A DNA stretch of 64,000 nucleotides from Alphaproteobacteria bacterium (GCA_964291215.2 OZ219791.1:2144001-2208000), one strand, 5' to 3'; shown: positions 42,990-54,064, numbered from the stretch's first letter. The notes: generated by a model from the letters alone, not told the origin. Program-made: numbers and translations.

Positions 42990-43849
42990 ATTTTTCTGGC
43001 GACGGTTCGGGTCCAAGACACTATTCCTGCCCCATCGATAGTTGCGGTCATATGTTCAAGCGTGGACGTAGCGGATGGGATGCGCATGTGGAATCATGGA
43101 AAAGACATCCTGACTGGCATCGGCACATCATTGATAAGTCCGAACGAAAGTGGCTGTTCCGACACACGTACCACGATTGGTTTGACGATCCACCTCCGCC
43201 CGTTCTGTACTCCGACACCGAGAAAACACTCTATCGCGAAGAGCAGAGCGGCAAGGAGGCCATGGCGCTCGATGCCCGAGCATGGAAATGGACGAAGCTC
43301 ACGAAACAGTTGCCTTTGAATGCTCGGCCGGTTTCCCTGAAGGATGCGCTGAAGCACGTGCACAAGAGCGGCGCGTGCCGGCTGGTGCCGGTGGGAATTA
43401 TCGGACCGCGTGAGGCGGATACCAAGCAGCGCCGGCTGGCGAAAGAACTCGGTCGGGAGATCGGACTGCTCGGCGTCCCGGTTCTCTGTGGTGGAAGGGA
43501 CGGTGTCATGGAAGCCGCGGCCGCGGGAGCGAAAAGCGCTGGCGCGCTGACCGTCGGTATCCTTCCTGACGATAAATGGTGCGCGGCCAACGATTACATT
43601 GATCTGCCGCTGGCGACCGGTCTCGGGTCGGCCCGGAACGCAGTGATTGCGCGAGCCTGTGAGGCGCTGGTCGCCGTGGGCGGCCTCCACGGGACCGTCA
43701 CCGAAGTGGCCTACGGGCTGCATTTCGGGAAACCGGTCTTCGGTCTGGCTGGCGCGCCGCAAGTTGAAGGCGCGCGCCATCTCGACAGTGTTACCGAAGT
43801 GGCCGGGGAGTTGCTGCCCATACTTTTGCGCTTCGGCAGGTTTGCATGA
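42986..43849 (+). CDS. TIGR00725/LOG (SLOG) family protein with an N-terminal Cys/His-rich extension
   Basis: LCGGRDGVMEAAA, TVGILP, TGLGSARNAVI, GGLHGTVTEVAYG; GTGA overlap with the upstream gene. Confidence 0.8.
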   Translation: MNFSGDGSGPRHYSCPIDSCGHMFKRGRSGWDAHVESWKRHPDWHRHIIDKSERKWLFRHTYHDWFDDPPPPVLYSDTEKTLYREEQSGKEAMALDARAWKWTKLTKQLPLNARPVSLKDALKHVHKSGACRLVPVGIIGPREADTKQRRLAKELGREIGLLGVPVLCGGRDGVMEAAAAGAKSAGALTVGILPDDKWCAANDYIDLPLATGLGSARNAVIARACEALVAVGGLHGTVTEVAYGLHFGKPVFGLAGAPQVEGARHLDSVTEVAGELLPILLRFGRFA

Positions 43850-43993
43850 TGGCAATGAGTCTGGGCGGTCAGGATCGACGGGCCGCTTCTGGCCTGGCTG
43901 TGAGGACCAGACGAAATGGCCTCTGCAACTTGGAGATGCGGATGTCGAGCGAACGATCGAGATTGCCGGGCCTGTCCAACGATCGGCGGACAC

Positions 43994-44030
43994 GGAAAAG
44001 GCCGCCAGAGATACCTCCGGCGGCCTTTCC
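43994..44030 (-). terminator. Hairpin downstream of tRNA-Asn
   Basis: GGAAAAGGCCGCC...GGCGGCCTTTCC stem. Confidence 0.6.
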
Positions 44031-44036
44031 GGAAAT

Positions 44037-44112
44037 TGGCTCCCCGGGAGGGACTCGAACCCCCGACCCAGCGGTTAACAGCCGCTTGCTCTACCAACTG
44101 AGCTACCGAGGA
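44037..44112 (-). tRNA. tRNA-Asn(GTT)
   Basis: TCCTCGGTAGCTCAG...CTGTTAA...GAGCCA cloverleaf. Confidence 0.97.
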
Positions 44113-44322
44113 TCAGTGATGAGACCTTATATAACACCACCCGAGACCGTTTTCCACCCCGAAAACCGGCCTGGATTGCAGACATCATTGAAACAGGCGG
44201 CGGATCGTCCCGATTTCAGTCGGGACGCCTGCAGAATTGACCGGCCATGCGTGAGATTCTAGCTTGAGCAACCAGCGGTTGCCCAGCTACGTCAATTCTT
44301 TGGATATGCCCGGGAGGCAGGA

Positions 44323-45474
44323 ATGACAACTCATCGTCTCGGTCTGATCATGAACGGCGTCAGCGGGCGCATGGGGACGAACCAGCACTTGGTGCGTTCG
44401 ATCTGCGCCATCCGGGGCGAAGGCGGCTTGTGCCTCGGAAACGGCGACACCGTGATGCCGGACCCGATCCTGGTCGGCCGTAACGAAGCGAAACTGGCGG
44501 CACTTGCCGAAGCGAACGGCATCGCGCGCTGGACGACCGATCTCGACGCAGCGCTTGCGAACCCGGACGATACGCTGTTCTTCGATGCCGCGACCACGCA
44601 AATGCGCAAGGAGCTACTGCTCAGGGCGATCGATGTCGGCAAGGACATATACACGGAAAAGCCGGTTGCCGAGACGCTGGACGATGCGCTCGCTATCGCC
44701 CGTGCCGCCCGCGACCGGGGCATCCGGGCCGGTGTGGTGCACGACAAGCTGAGCTTGCCGGGCCTCATGAAGCTGCGAATGCTGCGTGATTCGGGGTTTT
44801 TCGGGCGCATCCTTTCGGTGCGCGGCGAGTTCGGTTACTGGGTTTTCGAAGGCGATTGGCAATCGGCCCAACGACCGTCATGGAACTATCGCAAAGCCGA
44901 GGGCGGCGGCATCATCCTCGATATGCTGTGCCACTGGCGCTATGTGCTCGATCACGCGGTCGCGCCGGTCCGGTCCGTCTGCTGCCACGGTGCAACCCAC
45001 ATTCCCGAACGGCGGGACGAGGCCGGCGAACGCTACGATGCCGACGTCGAGGACGCGGCCTACGTGATGTTTGAACTCGAAGGCGGCATTGTCGCCCAGA
45101 TCAATTCCTCTTGGTGCACGCGGGTGCGGCGGGACGATCTGGCGACCTTCCATGTCGATGGCACCCATGGCTCTGCGGTTGCCGGGCTGACCCGGTGCTT
45201 CAGCCAAGCCCGGGTCAACACGCCCAAGCCGGTCTGGAACCCGGATGTGCCCCAGACTATGGATTTCCGCGCTGGCTGGCAGGAGGTGCCCGACAACCGG
45301 ATCTATGAAAACGGCTTCAAGACCCAGTGGCAGGATTTCATCCGCCATCTCTATGAGGATGCGCCCTGGGACTTTACTCTCCTCTCCGGGGCCAAGGGTG
45401 TACAACTTGCCGAACTTGGCTATCGCAGCTGGCGTGAGCGGCGCTGGGTCGACTTGCCGGAACTGGAGCTCTGA
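44323..45474 (+). CDS. Gfo/Idh/MocA family oxidoreductase
   Basis: MNGVSGRMG, YTEKP, RPSWNYRKAEGGGIILDM. Confidence 0.92.
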   Translation: MTTHRLGLIMNGVSGRMGTNQHLVRSICAIRGEGGLCLGNGDTVMPDPILVGRNEAKLAALAEANGIARWTTDLDAALANPDDTLFFDAATTQMRKELLLRAIDVGKDIYTEKPVAETLDDALAIARAARDRGIRAGVVHDKLSLPGLMKLRMLRDSGFFGRILSVRGEFGYWVFEGDWQSAQRPSWNYRKAEGGGIILDMLCHWRYVLDHAVAPVRSVCCHGATHIPERRDEAGERYDADVEDAAYVMFELEGGIVAQINSSWCTRVRRDDLATFHVDGTHGSAVAGLTRCFSQARVNTPKPVWNPDVPQTMDFRAGWQEVPDNRIYENGFKTQWQDFIRHLYEDAPWDFTLLSGAKGVQLAELGYRSWRERRWVDLPELEL

Positions 45475-45476
45475 CT

Positions 45477-46643
45477 GTGCCCTCGGTCGACCTGCCGACC
45501 AACGATGGCCGGATGAAGGCCTACCGTCTCTCGCCGCCGCCCGTCTTCCAGCTGGCCAGCGCGGATGCGCTGCCGCGCGTCGCCTATGCCGCCGCCCATG
45601 TCGTCAACGATCCGCGTGTCGATAACGATCCCTGGCTCGACACCGCTCTCGACTGGGACGCGACGCTCGCCTACCGGGAACATCTTTGGTCGCTGGGCCT
45701 CGGCGTTGCCGAGGCGATGGATACCGCCCAGCGCGGCATGGGTCTAGACTGGCCGACTTCTCGCGATCTGATTCGGCGCTCGGTCGCTGCTGCGAAGGCG
45801 CGCGATGGCGGTGGGCCGATCGCCTGTGGTGTCGGCACTGATCATCTGGTGCCTGGACCGGACACCGGTGTGGACGAGGTGGTCCGCGCCTACGAGGAAC
45901 AGTGTGAGGCGGTTGAGGCCGTGGGCGGACGGATTATCCTGATGGCGAGCCGGGCGCTTGCCGCCTGCGCCGCCGGACCTGCCGATTACGAGATGGTATA
46001 CGGCCGTATTCTCCGCCAAGTGCGCGAGCCGGTGCTGATCCACTGGCTGGGCGAGATGTTCGATCCGGCGCTCGAAGGCTACTGGGGCACCGCTGACCAC
46101 ATGGCGGCAATGGATGTCTGTCTTTCGATTCTGTCTGCCCATGCGGACAAGGTTGACGGTATAAAGATCTCTCTGCTCGACGACTGCAAGGAGATCGCCA
46201 TGCGCCGCCGCTTGCCACCGAACATGCGCATGTATACCGGGGACGACTTCAACTATCCGGCGCTGATAGCCGGCGACGATGAGGGCTTTTCCCACGCCCT
46301 GCTCGGCATCTTCGACGCTATCGCCCCAGCAGCCAGCGCTGCTCTGCTCGCCATGGCGCGAGACGACATGGACCAGTATTACGAGACGCTGGCGCCAACT
46401 GTGTCTCTGTCGCGCCACATCTTCCGGGCGCCGACCCGCTTCTATAAGACCGGCATCGTGTTCATGGCGTATCTGAATGGACATCAAGATCACTTTACCA
46501 TGGTTGCCGGCCAGGAAAGTGCGCGCTCCACCCTGCACCTGAGCGAACTGTTTCGGTTGGCCGACAAGGCCGGCCTGCTGCGTGATCCCGAAACCGCGGC
46601 GTCGCGCATGGCCGCCGTGCTCGCGGTGCGCGGTGTCGTCTGA
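45477..46643 (+). CDS. DUF993 family TIM-barrel (DHDPS-like) protein
   Basis: YAAAHVV, AEAMDTAQRGMG, GIKISLLD, YTGDDFNY. Confidence 0.85.
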   Translation: MPSVDLPTNDGRMKAYRLSPPPVFQLASADALPRVAYAAAHVVNDPRVDNDPWLDTALDWDATLAYREHLWSLGLGVAEAMDTAQRGMGLDWPTSRDLIRRSVAAAKARDGGGPIACGVGTDHLVPGPDTGVDEVVRAYEEQCEAVEAVGGRIILMASRALAACAAGPADYEMVYGRILRQVREPVLIHWLGEMFDPALEGYWGTADHMAAMDVCLSILSAHADKVDGIKISLLDDCKEIAMRRRLPPNMRMYTGDDFNYPALIAGDDEGFSHALLGIFDAIAPAASAALLAMARDDMDQYYETLAPTVSLSRHIFRAPTRFYKTGIVFMAYLNGHQDHFTMVAGQESARSTLHLSELFRLADKAGLLRDPETAASRMAAVLAVRGVV

Positions 46644-46657
46644 GGCCTGGATGGGCT

Positions 46658-47512
46658 GTGGTGCGTGATTTCTCGAACGATACGGCGCTCCTGTCCCTCA
46701 ACACGGCGACAGTCAGTGCGCAATGGACGCTAGAGCAATGCATCGACGGTTGCGTCCGGCACCACATCGGCGGTATCGCGCCGTGGCGTGACAAGTTGGA
46801 CGAATGCGGCGCGGTGCGGGCCGCCCGGCTGATCCGCGAGGCTGGCCTCCGGGTTACCGGCTTGTGTCGGGGTGGCATGTTTCCGGCGGCAACCCCGGCA
46901 GGCAGACAGGCGGCGTTCGACGACAACCGAAGAGCGGTGGACGATGCAGCGACCATCGGTGCGGAATGTCTGATCCTCGTGGTGGGAGGCTTGCCCGAGG
47001 GCTCAAAAGATATTGTCGGCGCCCGGATGCAGGTGCGCGACGGTATTGTCGCGCTGCTTGAACACGCGTGCGCTGCGGGCATGCCGCTCGCCATCGAGCC
47101 GTTGCATCCGATGTATGCCGCCGACCGGGCCTGTGTGAACACGCTCCGGCAGGCGAACGATCTGTGCGACGCGCTGGCTCCAGATGCAGATGGGAGCTTG
47201 GGCGTCGCGATCGACATCTATCACGTCTGGTGGGATCCGGAGTTGAAGGCAGAGATCTGTCGCGCTGGCGAAGTCGGCCGCATCCTGGGTTTTCATGTCT
47301 GCGACTGGCTGGTGCCGACGACAGACCTGTTGCTCGACCGGGGCATGATGGGCGACGGAGTCATCGACATTCGGAAAATACGCGGCTGGGTCGAGGCGGC
47401 GGGCTATGGCGGTGCGTCGGAGGTCGAGATCTTCTCCAAGGAGAACTGGTGGCGGCGTGACGCCGACGAGGTGTTGGAGACCTGCATCGCGCGCCACCAG
47501 ACGGCGGTTTAG
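46658..47512 (+). CDS. Sugar-phosphate isomerase/epimerase (xylose isomerase-like)
   Basis: LSLNTATV, LAIEPLHPMY, DIYHVWWD, FHVCDW, EVEIFS. Confidence 0.9.
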   Translation: MVRDFSNDTALLSLNTATVSAQWTLEQCIDGCVRHHIGGIAPWRDKLDECGAVRAARLIREAGLRVTGLCRGGMFPAATPAGRQAAFDDNRRAVDDAATIGAECLILVVGGLPEGSKDIVGARMQVRDGIVALLEHACAAGMPLAIEPLHPMYAADRACVNTLRQANDLCDALAPDADGSLGVAIDIYHVWWDPELKAEICRAGEVGRILGFHVCDWLVPTTDLLLDRGMMGDGVIDIRKIRGWVEAAGYGGASEVEIFSKENWWRRDADEVLETCIARHQTAV

Positions 47513-47517
47513 GCACG

Positions 47518-48582
47518 ATGGTACGTACTGTGGCGAACATTCCGGAGGCGGTGCTGGCGCGGTTCCGCGCCGGCACGGCGATTCCTGCCCACCCGCTGGC
47601 GCTGACCGCGTCCCGAACATTGAACGAGCGGAGGCAGCGGGCGCTGAGCCGCTATTATATTGATGCGGGTGCGGGCGGGCTCGCAGTTGGCGTCCATACG
47701 ACGCAATTCGCGATCCGTGAAGCCGGACTGTACGAGCCGGTGCTGCGCCTCGCCGGTGAAACGGTGGCGGATTGGGCCGAGGCTCCGTTACTCATGATCG
47801 CCGGAGTTGCGGGTCGGACCGAACAGGCACTTGCCGAAGCACAGGCCGCCGCTGGGCTCGGCTATCATGCGGTGCTGTTGAGCCTCGCCGCTTTCCGCGG
47901 CGCCTCGGAGGACGAACTGATTGACCATTGCCGGCGGGTGGCGCAGGAGATGCCGGTGGTAGGCTTTTATCTGCAGTCAGCGGTTGGCGGTGCTCCGCTG
48001 CATTTCTCTTTCTGGAGGCGCTTTGCGGAACTGGACAATGTTATCGGCATCAAGATCGCGCCGTTCACCCGTTACGGTACGCTCGACGTTGTGCGCGCCG
48101 TTGCCGAGGCTGGCGCGGAGGACCGCATCGCCCTCTATACCGGAAACGATGACAACATTCTGCTCGATCTTGTGACCCCGTGGCATCTTCCGCGCGATGA
48201 TGGAATGGTGGAGCTGCGCATTGTCGGCGGCCTGCTTGGGCACTGGAGCGTTTGGGTGAAATCCGTTGTCGGGATGCTGGATCGGGTCCGTACAGCTGTC
48301 GCCGAAGACCGGATCGACCGGTATCTGCTGGCATTAGCCGGCCAGATCACCGACTGCAATGCCGCCTTCTTCGACGCTGCCAACGGTTTCCGCGGATGCA
48401 TTGCCGGGGTGCATGAAGTGTTGCGGCGGCAAGGCCTCCTCGACGGTATCTGGTGCCTCGACCGAGAGGAGACCCTCAGCCCCGGCCAGGCTGCCGGAAT
48501 CGACAGGGTCTGCCAAGCTTATCCGTATCTCAACGACGATTCCTTTGTCGCGGAAAATCTGGAAAGATGGCTGTCGCCATGA
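47518..48582 (+). CDS. DHDPS/class I aldolase-like protein
   Basis: IPAHPLAL, AVGVHTTQFAIR, GFYLQ, GIKIAPF, YTGNDD. Confidence 0.85.
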   Translation: MVRTVANIPEAVLARFRAGTAIPAHPLALTASRTLNERRQRALSRYYIDAGAGGLAVGVHTTQFAIREAGLYEPVLRLAGETVADWAEAPLLMIAGVAGRTEQALAEAQAAAGLGYHAVLLSLAAFRGASEDELIDHCRRVAQEMPVVGFYLQSAVGGAPLHFSFWRRFAELDNVIGIKIAPFTRYGTLDVVRAVAEAGAEDRIALYTGNDDNILLDLVTPWHLPRDDGMVELRIVGGLLGHWSVWVKSVVGMLDRVRTAVAEDRIDRYLLALAGQITDCNAAFFDAANGFRGCIAGVHEVLRRQGLLDGIWCLDREETLSPGQAAGIDRVCQAYPYLNDDSFVAENLERWLSP

Positions 48583-48635
48583 TCCGGGCCTGACCCGATT
48601 GGAGCTGAACGGCGAGCCGTCGGGAGGACGCGCAC

Positions 48636-49412
48636 ATGGGACCCGGACTGTCTGCACAAACGATCTGGCGCTGGACCGCCATCGTCCTTGTTCATCTGGC
48701 GGTCGTGCTGATCTGGTACCTCGCGGTCGAGCTGGGAGATGTACCCAAGTTCGTACTCGCTTCGCCCCAGGAGACCCTGCTGTCGTTGTTCGACACCTAC
48801 CCCTGGTTTCACAACACCATGGTGACGACGGCGGAGATCTTCGGCGGCTATTTCCTCGCCGTGGTCGTCGGGGTCGGCCTCGCCCTGCTGTTCTCCTGGT
48901 TTCGCGCGGTGGAGAACCTGCTGATGCCGCTGGTCGTTAGCTTGAACATGATTCCCAAGGTTGCGCTGGGGCCACTGATCATTGTCTGGTTCGACTACGG
49001 GATCGAGACCAACATTATCATCGCCTTTTCGATCAGTTTTCTGCCCATTCTGATCACTACCGCGCGCGGCCTGCGCGAGATCGAGCCCGACTTGATCGAT
49101 CTGGTCAGGACGCTGCGTGCCACGCGGCGGCAGATCTTTGTCAAGATTCAGCTACCCGGCTCGTTGCCCTATATCTTTTCCGGCATGAAGGTGGCGGTTG
49201 TTCTTGCGGTCGCCGGCGCCGTGGTCGGTGAGATCATTGCGTCAGATTCCGGGCTTGCCTATCTGATCGGCCAGGTCCAGGTAACTCTCGATACTGCGGC
49301 GATGATGATGGCGGTCATCCTGATTACCCTTGTCGGGGTCGCGCTTTACCTGATCGTTCTGGGGCTGGAGCGCCTCGTCGTGGTGCGCGACGCCCGGGTC
49401 GAAACCGTATGA
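48636..49412 (+). CDS. ABC permease (SsuC/TauC type)
   Basis: [26 protein letters not shown]. Confidence 0.92.
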   Translation: MGPGLSAQTIWRWTAIVLVHLAVVLIWYLAVELGDVPKFVLASPQETLLSLFDTYPWFHNTMVTTAEIFGGYFLAVVVGVGLALLFSWFRAVENLLMPLVVSLNMIPKVALGPLIIVWFDYGIETNIIIAFSISFLPILITTARGLREIEPDLIDLVRTLRATRRQIFVKIQLPGSLPYIFSGMKVAVVLAVAGAVVGEIIASDSGLAYLIGQVQVTLDTAAMMMAVILITLVGVALYLIVLGLERLVVVRDARVETV

Positions 49413-50194
49413 CTGGCGCGCCGGCCACTCGCGGTGAGCCCTTTATCCGCCTCGTCGGCGTGAGGAAGGTATTCCGCACCCGCCGCCAGGAATTCCTCGC
49501 GGTTTCCGACGCCACTTTCGACGTCAACGAGGGGGAGTTGGTATCGATCGTCGGGCCGTCGGGATGCGGCAAGACCACTCTGCTCAAGATTGTCGCCGGG
49601 CTCTATCCGCACGATGGCGGTACGCTGCAGATCGGCGGGGCCGGCAGCGATTTCGATCCGGCGCGTGATGTCGGCATGGTGTTCCAGCAGCCGCTGCTGC
49701 TCAAGTGGCGGCGGGTGCTGGAGAATGTCCTGCTGCCCGCGGAGATTCTCGGCTTGCCCATGGGCGAGGCGCGCGAGCGCGCTTACGGTCTGATCGATAT
49801 GGTCGGCCTCGCCGGTCACGAGCAGAAATATCCCTACGAACTCTCCGGCGGCATGCAGCAGCGCGCCGCCATTGCCCGGTCGCTGGTCCACGATCCCAGG
49901 CTGATCTTGATGGACGAGCCGTTCGGAGCGCTCGATGCGTTGACCCGCGAGCGCATGAACCTGGAGCTGCTCCGCATCTGGGAGCAGAGCCGCAAGACCA
50001 TCCTGTTCGTCACCCACGGCATTGCCGAAGCGGTCTTTCTCGGCACGAAGGTCGTCGTGCTTACCGCCGGGCCGGCGCGCATGGCGGACCGAATCGACAT
50101 CGGCCTGCCCCAGCCGCGTACCCTCGACATGAAGACCCATGAACGTTTCGGCGGCTACGCCCGGCGCATCTATCACCTGCTCGGCGTAGAGTGA
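49409..50194 (+). CDS. ABC ATP-binding protein (SsuB/TauB type)
   Basis: [25 protein letters not shown]. Confidence 0.95.
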   Translation: MTGAPATRGEPFIRLVGVRKVFRTRRQEFLAVSDATFDVNEGELVSIVGPSGCGKTTLLKIVAGLYPHDGGTLQIGGAGSDFDPARDVGMVFQQPLLLKWRRVLENVLLPAEILGLPMGEARERAYGLIDMVGLAGHEQKYPYELSGGMQQRAAIARSLVHDPRLILMDEPFGALDALTRERMNLELLRIWEQSRKTILFVTHGIAEAVFLGTKVVVLTAGPARMADRIDIGLPQPRTLDMKTHERFGGYARRIYHLLGVE

Positions 50195-50497
50195 TCCGGG
50201 ACTGTCCGCGCCCTCGAAGTTCGCGCGGCGTTAGGCCGGCGCATCACCAGTTCTGCTCGGCGCGCATCCATACCAGTCAGGGTCAGACTGTTTGAGGACG
50301 GTTGCCCCGATCGGCGTCGACTGTCATCAACAACCGGGTTGTGGCCTGCATCGGTGCGACGTAAGGTACCTTGTACCCGGTCGGTTACTTTCGGGAGGAC
50401 ATGCGGGTGCGCGGATGGTGGCCTCAACTGCCGTCGGCATCGATTTTCCGCACGCGCCTCGTCAATGAACCTGATCAGCAGCAAGATGGAGGGTATC

Positions 50498-51520
50498 ATG
50501 ATTGCACGAAAATCAGTGATCGCGCTGGCCGTTGCGGCGGCCGGCAGCTTGGGCGCGACGCAGGCCGGCGCTGCGGATAAGGTCGATTTCATCCTTAACT
50601 GGATCGCCGGCGGCGACCACGCGCCATACTATTACGCCCACAAGATGGGTTGGTATGCCAAGGCGGGTGTCGACCTCAACATACAGCAAGGCAAGGGCTC
50701 GTCGATGTCGTCACGCCGCACCGGTGCGGGCAAGAATCCGATCGGCCTGGCGGATCTCGGCACTGCGCTCGTCACCATGGGCAAGGGCGGCCAGATGGTT
50801 GCGGTGATGAACATATACGCCAACTCGCCCTATGGCATGTACTGGCTAAAGAGTTCCGGCATGAAGGGGCCGAAGGATTTTGCCGGCAAGAAAATCGGCA
50901 ACCCGCCGTGGGACGCCGCGCGCCAGATGTGGCCGGCCCTGGCCAAGAAGGTCGGCATGGATCCGGCTTCGGTAAAATGGGTCAACATCCAGCCGAACGC
51001 GAAGCTGGCCGCACTCAAGGCGAGGTCGATCGACATCACGACTTCGTTTTACAACATTCACCACATCTTCAAGCGGGAGCTGGGCGCGGATATGGGATTC
51101 TTCCCGTGGAAGACGTACGGCATCAACCCCTACGGCAACTCCATCATCGTCAACATGGATTATCTGAAGAAAAACAAAAAGACGGTGGCGGCGTTCGTCT
51201 CGGTGACCCAGAAAGCGTTCCAGACATGCGTGAAGACTCCGGCCCCCTGCATTGCGGCGCTCGTCGAGGCCAACAAGGGGCTTAAGGTCGCCAACGAGAC
51301 CGAAAACTGGGGTCTCGTGACCGAGCTGATGAGCGACAGGTTCTCGCGTACGGTTGCGCTCGGCTATTTCGATCCGGGCCGCATGAAGGCCGATCACGAG
51401 TTGATCAACACCTACTTCAAGATCGAGACCAAGTACGCCATCGAGGAGCGATACACCAACGAGTTCCTCGACCGCGGCATCAAGATGCCTAAGATCGACC
51501 GCAAGTCGGCCTTCGAATAA
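50498..51520 (+). CDS. ABC substrate-binding protein, NMT1/THI5-like
   Basis: Signal peptide, LNW..GDHAPYY, QGKGS, YGNSII. Confidence 0.88.
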   Translation: MIARKSVIALAVAAAGSLGATQAGAADKVDFILNWIAGGDHAPYYYAHKMGWYAKAGVDLNIQQGKGSSMSSRRTGAGKNPIGLADLGTALVTMGKGGQMVAVMNIYANSPYGMYWLKSSGMKGPKDFAGKKIGNPPWDAARQMWPALAKKVGMDPASVKWVNIQPNAKLAALKARSIDITTSFYNIHHIFKRELGADMGFFPWKTYGINPYGNSIIVNMDYLKKNKKTVAAFVSVTQKAFQTCVKTPAPCIAALVEANKGLKVANETENWGLVTELMSDRFSRTVALGYFDPGRMKADHELINTYFKIETKYAIEERYTNEFLDRGIKMPKIDRKSAFE

Positions 51521-51578
51521 ACGTCACTGCACCCGGCGGCGGCCCGCTTCTGCGTTTGGCTGCCGCCGGAGGACGCCG

Positions 51579-53192
51579 ATGGACGAGACCTGTGACGCCA
51601 TCGTCCTCGGAGCAGGCCATAACGGTCTTATCCTGCAGGCCTACTTGGCGCGCGCCGGGCTCGATACCTTGGCGATCGAGCGTCGGAGCAAGTCTGGCGG
51701 CGGCCTCACGGTGCTGGAGGATCCGCTTCATCCGGGGCTGATCCACAACTCTCACGCCTTCTTCCTGCGCGCCATTACCGGCATGCCCTGGTACCGGGAT
51801 CTCGACCTGGAGGGCCATGGTGCCCGCATGATCGAGCCGGAGTTGAACGTCGCCATGTTGACCCGCGATGGTGGCGTGCTGGAATGGTGGACCGATATCG
51901 GCCGAACGGCCTCCTCCTTCGCACAGTTCAGCGAGCGCGACGCTCGAACTCTGCAGCGCTGGGTCGATGAGTTCGGCCCGGTCGTCGAGCGCATCCTGAT
52001 TCCGGAGGCGATGTCGCCGCCGATCCCACCTGACGGGCGACGCGCCTTGCTGAAGCGGAGTGCAGAGGGGCGCCGCCTGCTTGAGGTCAGTGCGCTGAGC
52101 CCGCTGGAGTTTGTTCGCCAGGAGTTCGAAAACCCGGTCATCCAGGCCGGCCTGCTGTTCTTCAACGGGCTGCGCGAGGTCGATCTGCGCGTTCGTGGCT
52201 TCGGACATCATATCGCCTTCCTGCTTGCCAACCCGTCCAAGGCGCAGATGTCGGCCGGCGGTAGCGCCGCCCTCGGCGGTGCCTTGGAAAACGTCGTGAC
52301 AAGCGCTGGCGGCAGGATCGTTACCGATGCAGCGGCTCGGCGAATCGTCGTGGAAAACGGACGGGCCATCGGCGTTGAGACCGCAGACGGAAGATGTTTT
52401 CGTGCTTGCCACCTGGTCGCTTCCTCGCTCAATCCGCAGCAGACCTTTCTCGATCTGATCGACGCCGATGTCCTGCCCGGGGCATGGCGACGAAAGGCGG
52501 AAGGGTTCCGCTACAATGTTCTGGCCCCGCTCTTCGCCCTGAACTTGGCGCTCGATGCGCCGCCGGCCTATACCGCTGCCGAGCGATACCCGGAAATGGC
52601 GCGGCCATTCATGACGATTCTCGGCCTTGACCATGTGCGCCAGTTCGACGAGATCGTGCGCCATCACGAGGCCGGTACGATCCCGCCGACGGTGATGTGG
52701 GGCGCCTGTCCGACCCAGTTCGACGAAAGCCAGTCTGCCGGCGGCAAGCACGCCGCCTTCATGTGGGAGAAGCTCCCGTACGCGCTGGGCGGCGACCCGG
52801 CGAACTGGGATGCAGAGAAAGCCGCTCACGGTGAGGCGATGCTGGACCTGTGGGCGGACTACGCGCCCGACCTGCGCGAGTCGGTAATCGGCAGCTTTAC
52901 GCGCAGCCCGCTCGACATCGTGCGTGAGTTTCCGAATATGGCTGCGGGCGACCTTCTGGTCGGGGCCTTCACCGGCGGGCAGATCGGGCACCATCGCCCA
53001 TTCGAGGGCGCAGGCGACTATCGCACCTGTATCGAGGGGCTTTATCTCTGCGGCTCTTCCTCGCATCCGGGAGGCAATATCACCGGGCTGCCGGGCTACA
53101 ACGCGGCGCAGACGATCTTCCACGATCTGGGTCTGGACGGCGGCTGGTTACCTGTTCCTGCCATGCAACGAATTCAGGAACTGGCAGAGTGA
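51579..53192 (+). CDS. Phytoene-desaturase-like FAD oxidoreductase (COG1233)
   Basis: GAGHNGL dinucleotide motif, GLYLCGSSSHPGG. Confidence 0.9.
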   Translation: MDETCDAIVLGAGHNGLILQAYLARAGLDTLAIERRSKSGGGLTVLEDPLHPGLIHNSHAFFLRAITGMPWYRDLDLEGHGARMIEPELNVAMLTRDGGVLEWWTDIGRTASSFAQFSERDARTLQRWVDEFGPVVERILIPEAMSPPIPPDGRRALLKRSAEGRRLLEVSALSPLEFVRQEFENPVIQAGLLFFNGLREVDLRVRGFGHHIAFLLANPSKAQMSAGGSAALGGALENVVTSAGGRIVTDAAARRIVVENGRAIGVETADGRCFRACHLVASSLNPQQTFLDLIDADVLPGAWRRKAEGFRYNVLAPLFALNLALDAPPAYTAAERYPEMARPFMTILGLDHVRQFDEIVRHHEAGTIPPTVMWGACPTQFDESQSAGGKHAAFMWEKLPYALGGDPANWDAEKAAHGEAMLDLWADYAPDLRESVIGSFTRSPLDIVREFPNMAAGDLLVGAFTGGQIGHHRPFEGAGDYRTCIEGLYLCGSSSHPGGNITGLPGYNAAQTIFHDLGLDGGWLPVPAMQRIQELAE

Positions 53193-53193
53193 C

Positions 53194-54063
53194 CTAACCC
53201 AGTTCCGGGCCGGCGATCGCGTAGAGAAGGCTCGGATCGTCGAAGCCGGAATCGCGGTTGCGCATCATGCGGATGTACGGGCGCTGCTCCACGAAACCGC
53301 AGGTCCCCAGCCATTTCACGAATTCCGGCCGGGCGTCGGCGATGTCGATGTAGACCGGCCCCTGCAATGCGCCGAACGCGGCGGCGGCAAGCGAGCTGGC
53401 AGCATAGTTGTCGGTTGCCACCAGCGGACCGACCTGGACCGCCTCCCGCCCGTCGCGGGCCAGGGTATAGCCGGCGAGTCGGCCGCTGCGGAAGGCCGCG
53501 AAAGCGGCTTCCGGCTGCCGGCGGAGCAAGTGACGGAGCAATTCCAGCCGATCTCCGCCGAACAGTCCGCGGTCCATCTTGGAGACTGCTTCCAGGTCGG
53601 CAGCGGCCAGCGGGCGCACCGTCACCCTGTCCGGTGCCGGCACCGTCGGCGAAGACACCGATTCGGCGCGGTAGCGTCGAAGGCGGTAATGATCGCGGAA
53701 GCCGATCCGGCTGTACACCTTGCGGCCGTCGGGCGTCGCGTCCAACCCCGGCACTCGCCCCGCGTCTTCCTGGTGCTGCACAACCTCGGCCATGAGGCGG
53801 GTGGCGATGCCTTGCCGACGGTAGTCCGGCGCGACCAGTACCATGCATATCCAGGCGAACCGGTCATAGGGCAGCGCCATTGCTGTGGCGACAAGAGTGT
53901 TGTCCGGAACCGTCAGGCCGACACCCTCGCCGTGTGTCAGGATATAGCGCCAGTCGTCCACGGTCTGATTCCAGCCGATCAGGGCGGACAGCTGAAATCC
54001 GGCTTCGGCATGGACAGGCGAGAGGTCGAACTTCTGGAGCGGCTTCGTCGATTCCGATGTCAT
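53194..54063 (-). CDS. GNAT acetyltransferase (tandem-GNAT type)
   Basis: GWNQTVDDW, MVLVAPDYRRQGIA, LDATPDGRKVY, VGPLVA. Confidence 0.88.
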   Translation of the reverse strand: MTSESTKPLQKFDLSPVHAEAGFQLSALIGWNQTVDDWRYILTHGEGVGLTVPDNTLVATAMALPYDRFAWICMVLVAPDYRRQGIATRLMAEVVQHQEDAGRVPGLDATPDGRKVYSRIGFRDHYRLRRYRAESVSSPTVPAPDRVTVRPLAAADLEAVSKMDRGLFGGDRLELLRHLLRRQPEAAFAAFRSGRLAGYTLARDGREAVQVGPLVATDNYAASSLAAAAFGALQGPVYIDIADARPEFVKWLGTCGFVEQRPYIRMMRNRDSGFDDPSLLYAIAGPELG

Positions 54064-54064
54064 G

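Noticed and set aside
36000-44112. Integrative island at tRNA-Asn or tRNA-Pro
   Set aside because: No integrase and no duplicated tRNA 3' end found by eye. The RM locus lies on the 5' side of tRNA-Pro.
50195-50497. TPP riboswitch before the NMT1/THI5-like binding protein
   Set aside because: The conserved CTGAGA core is absent.
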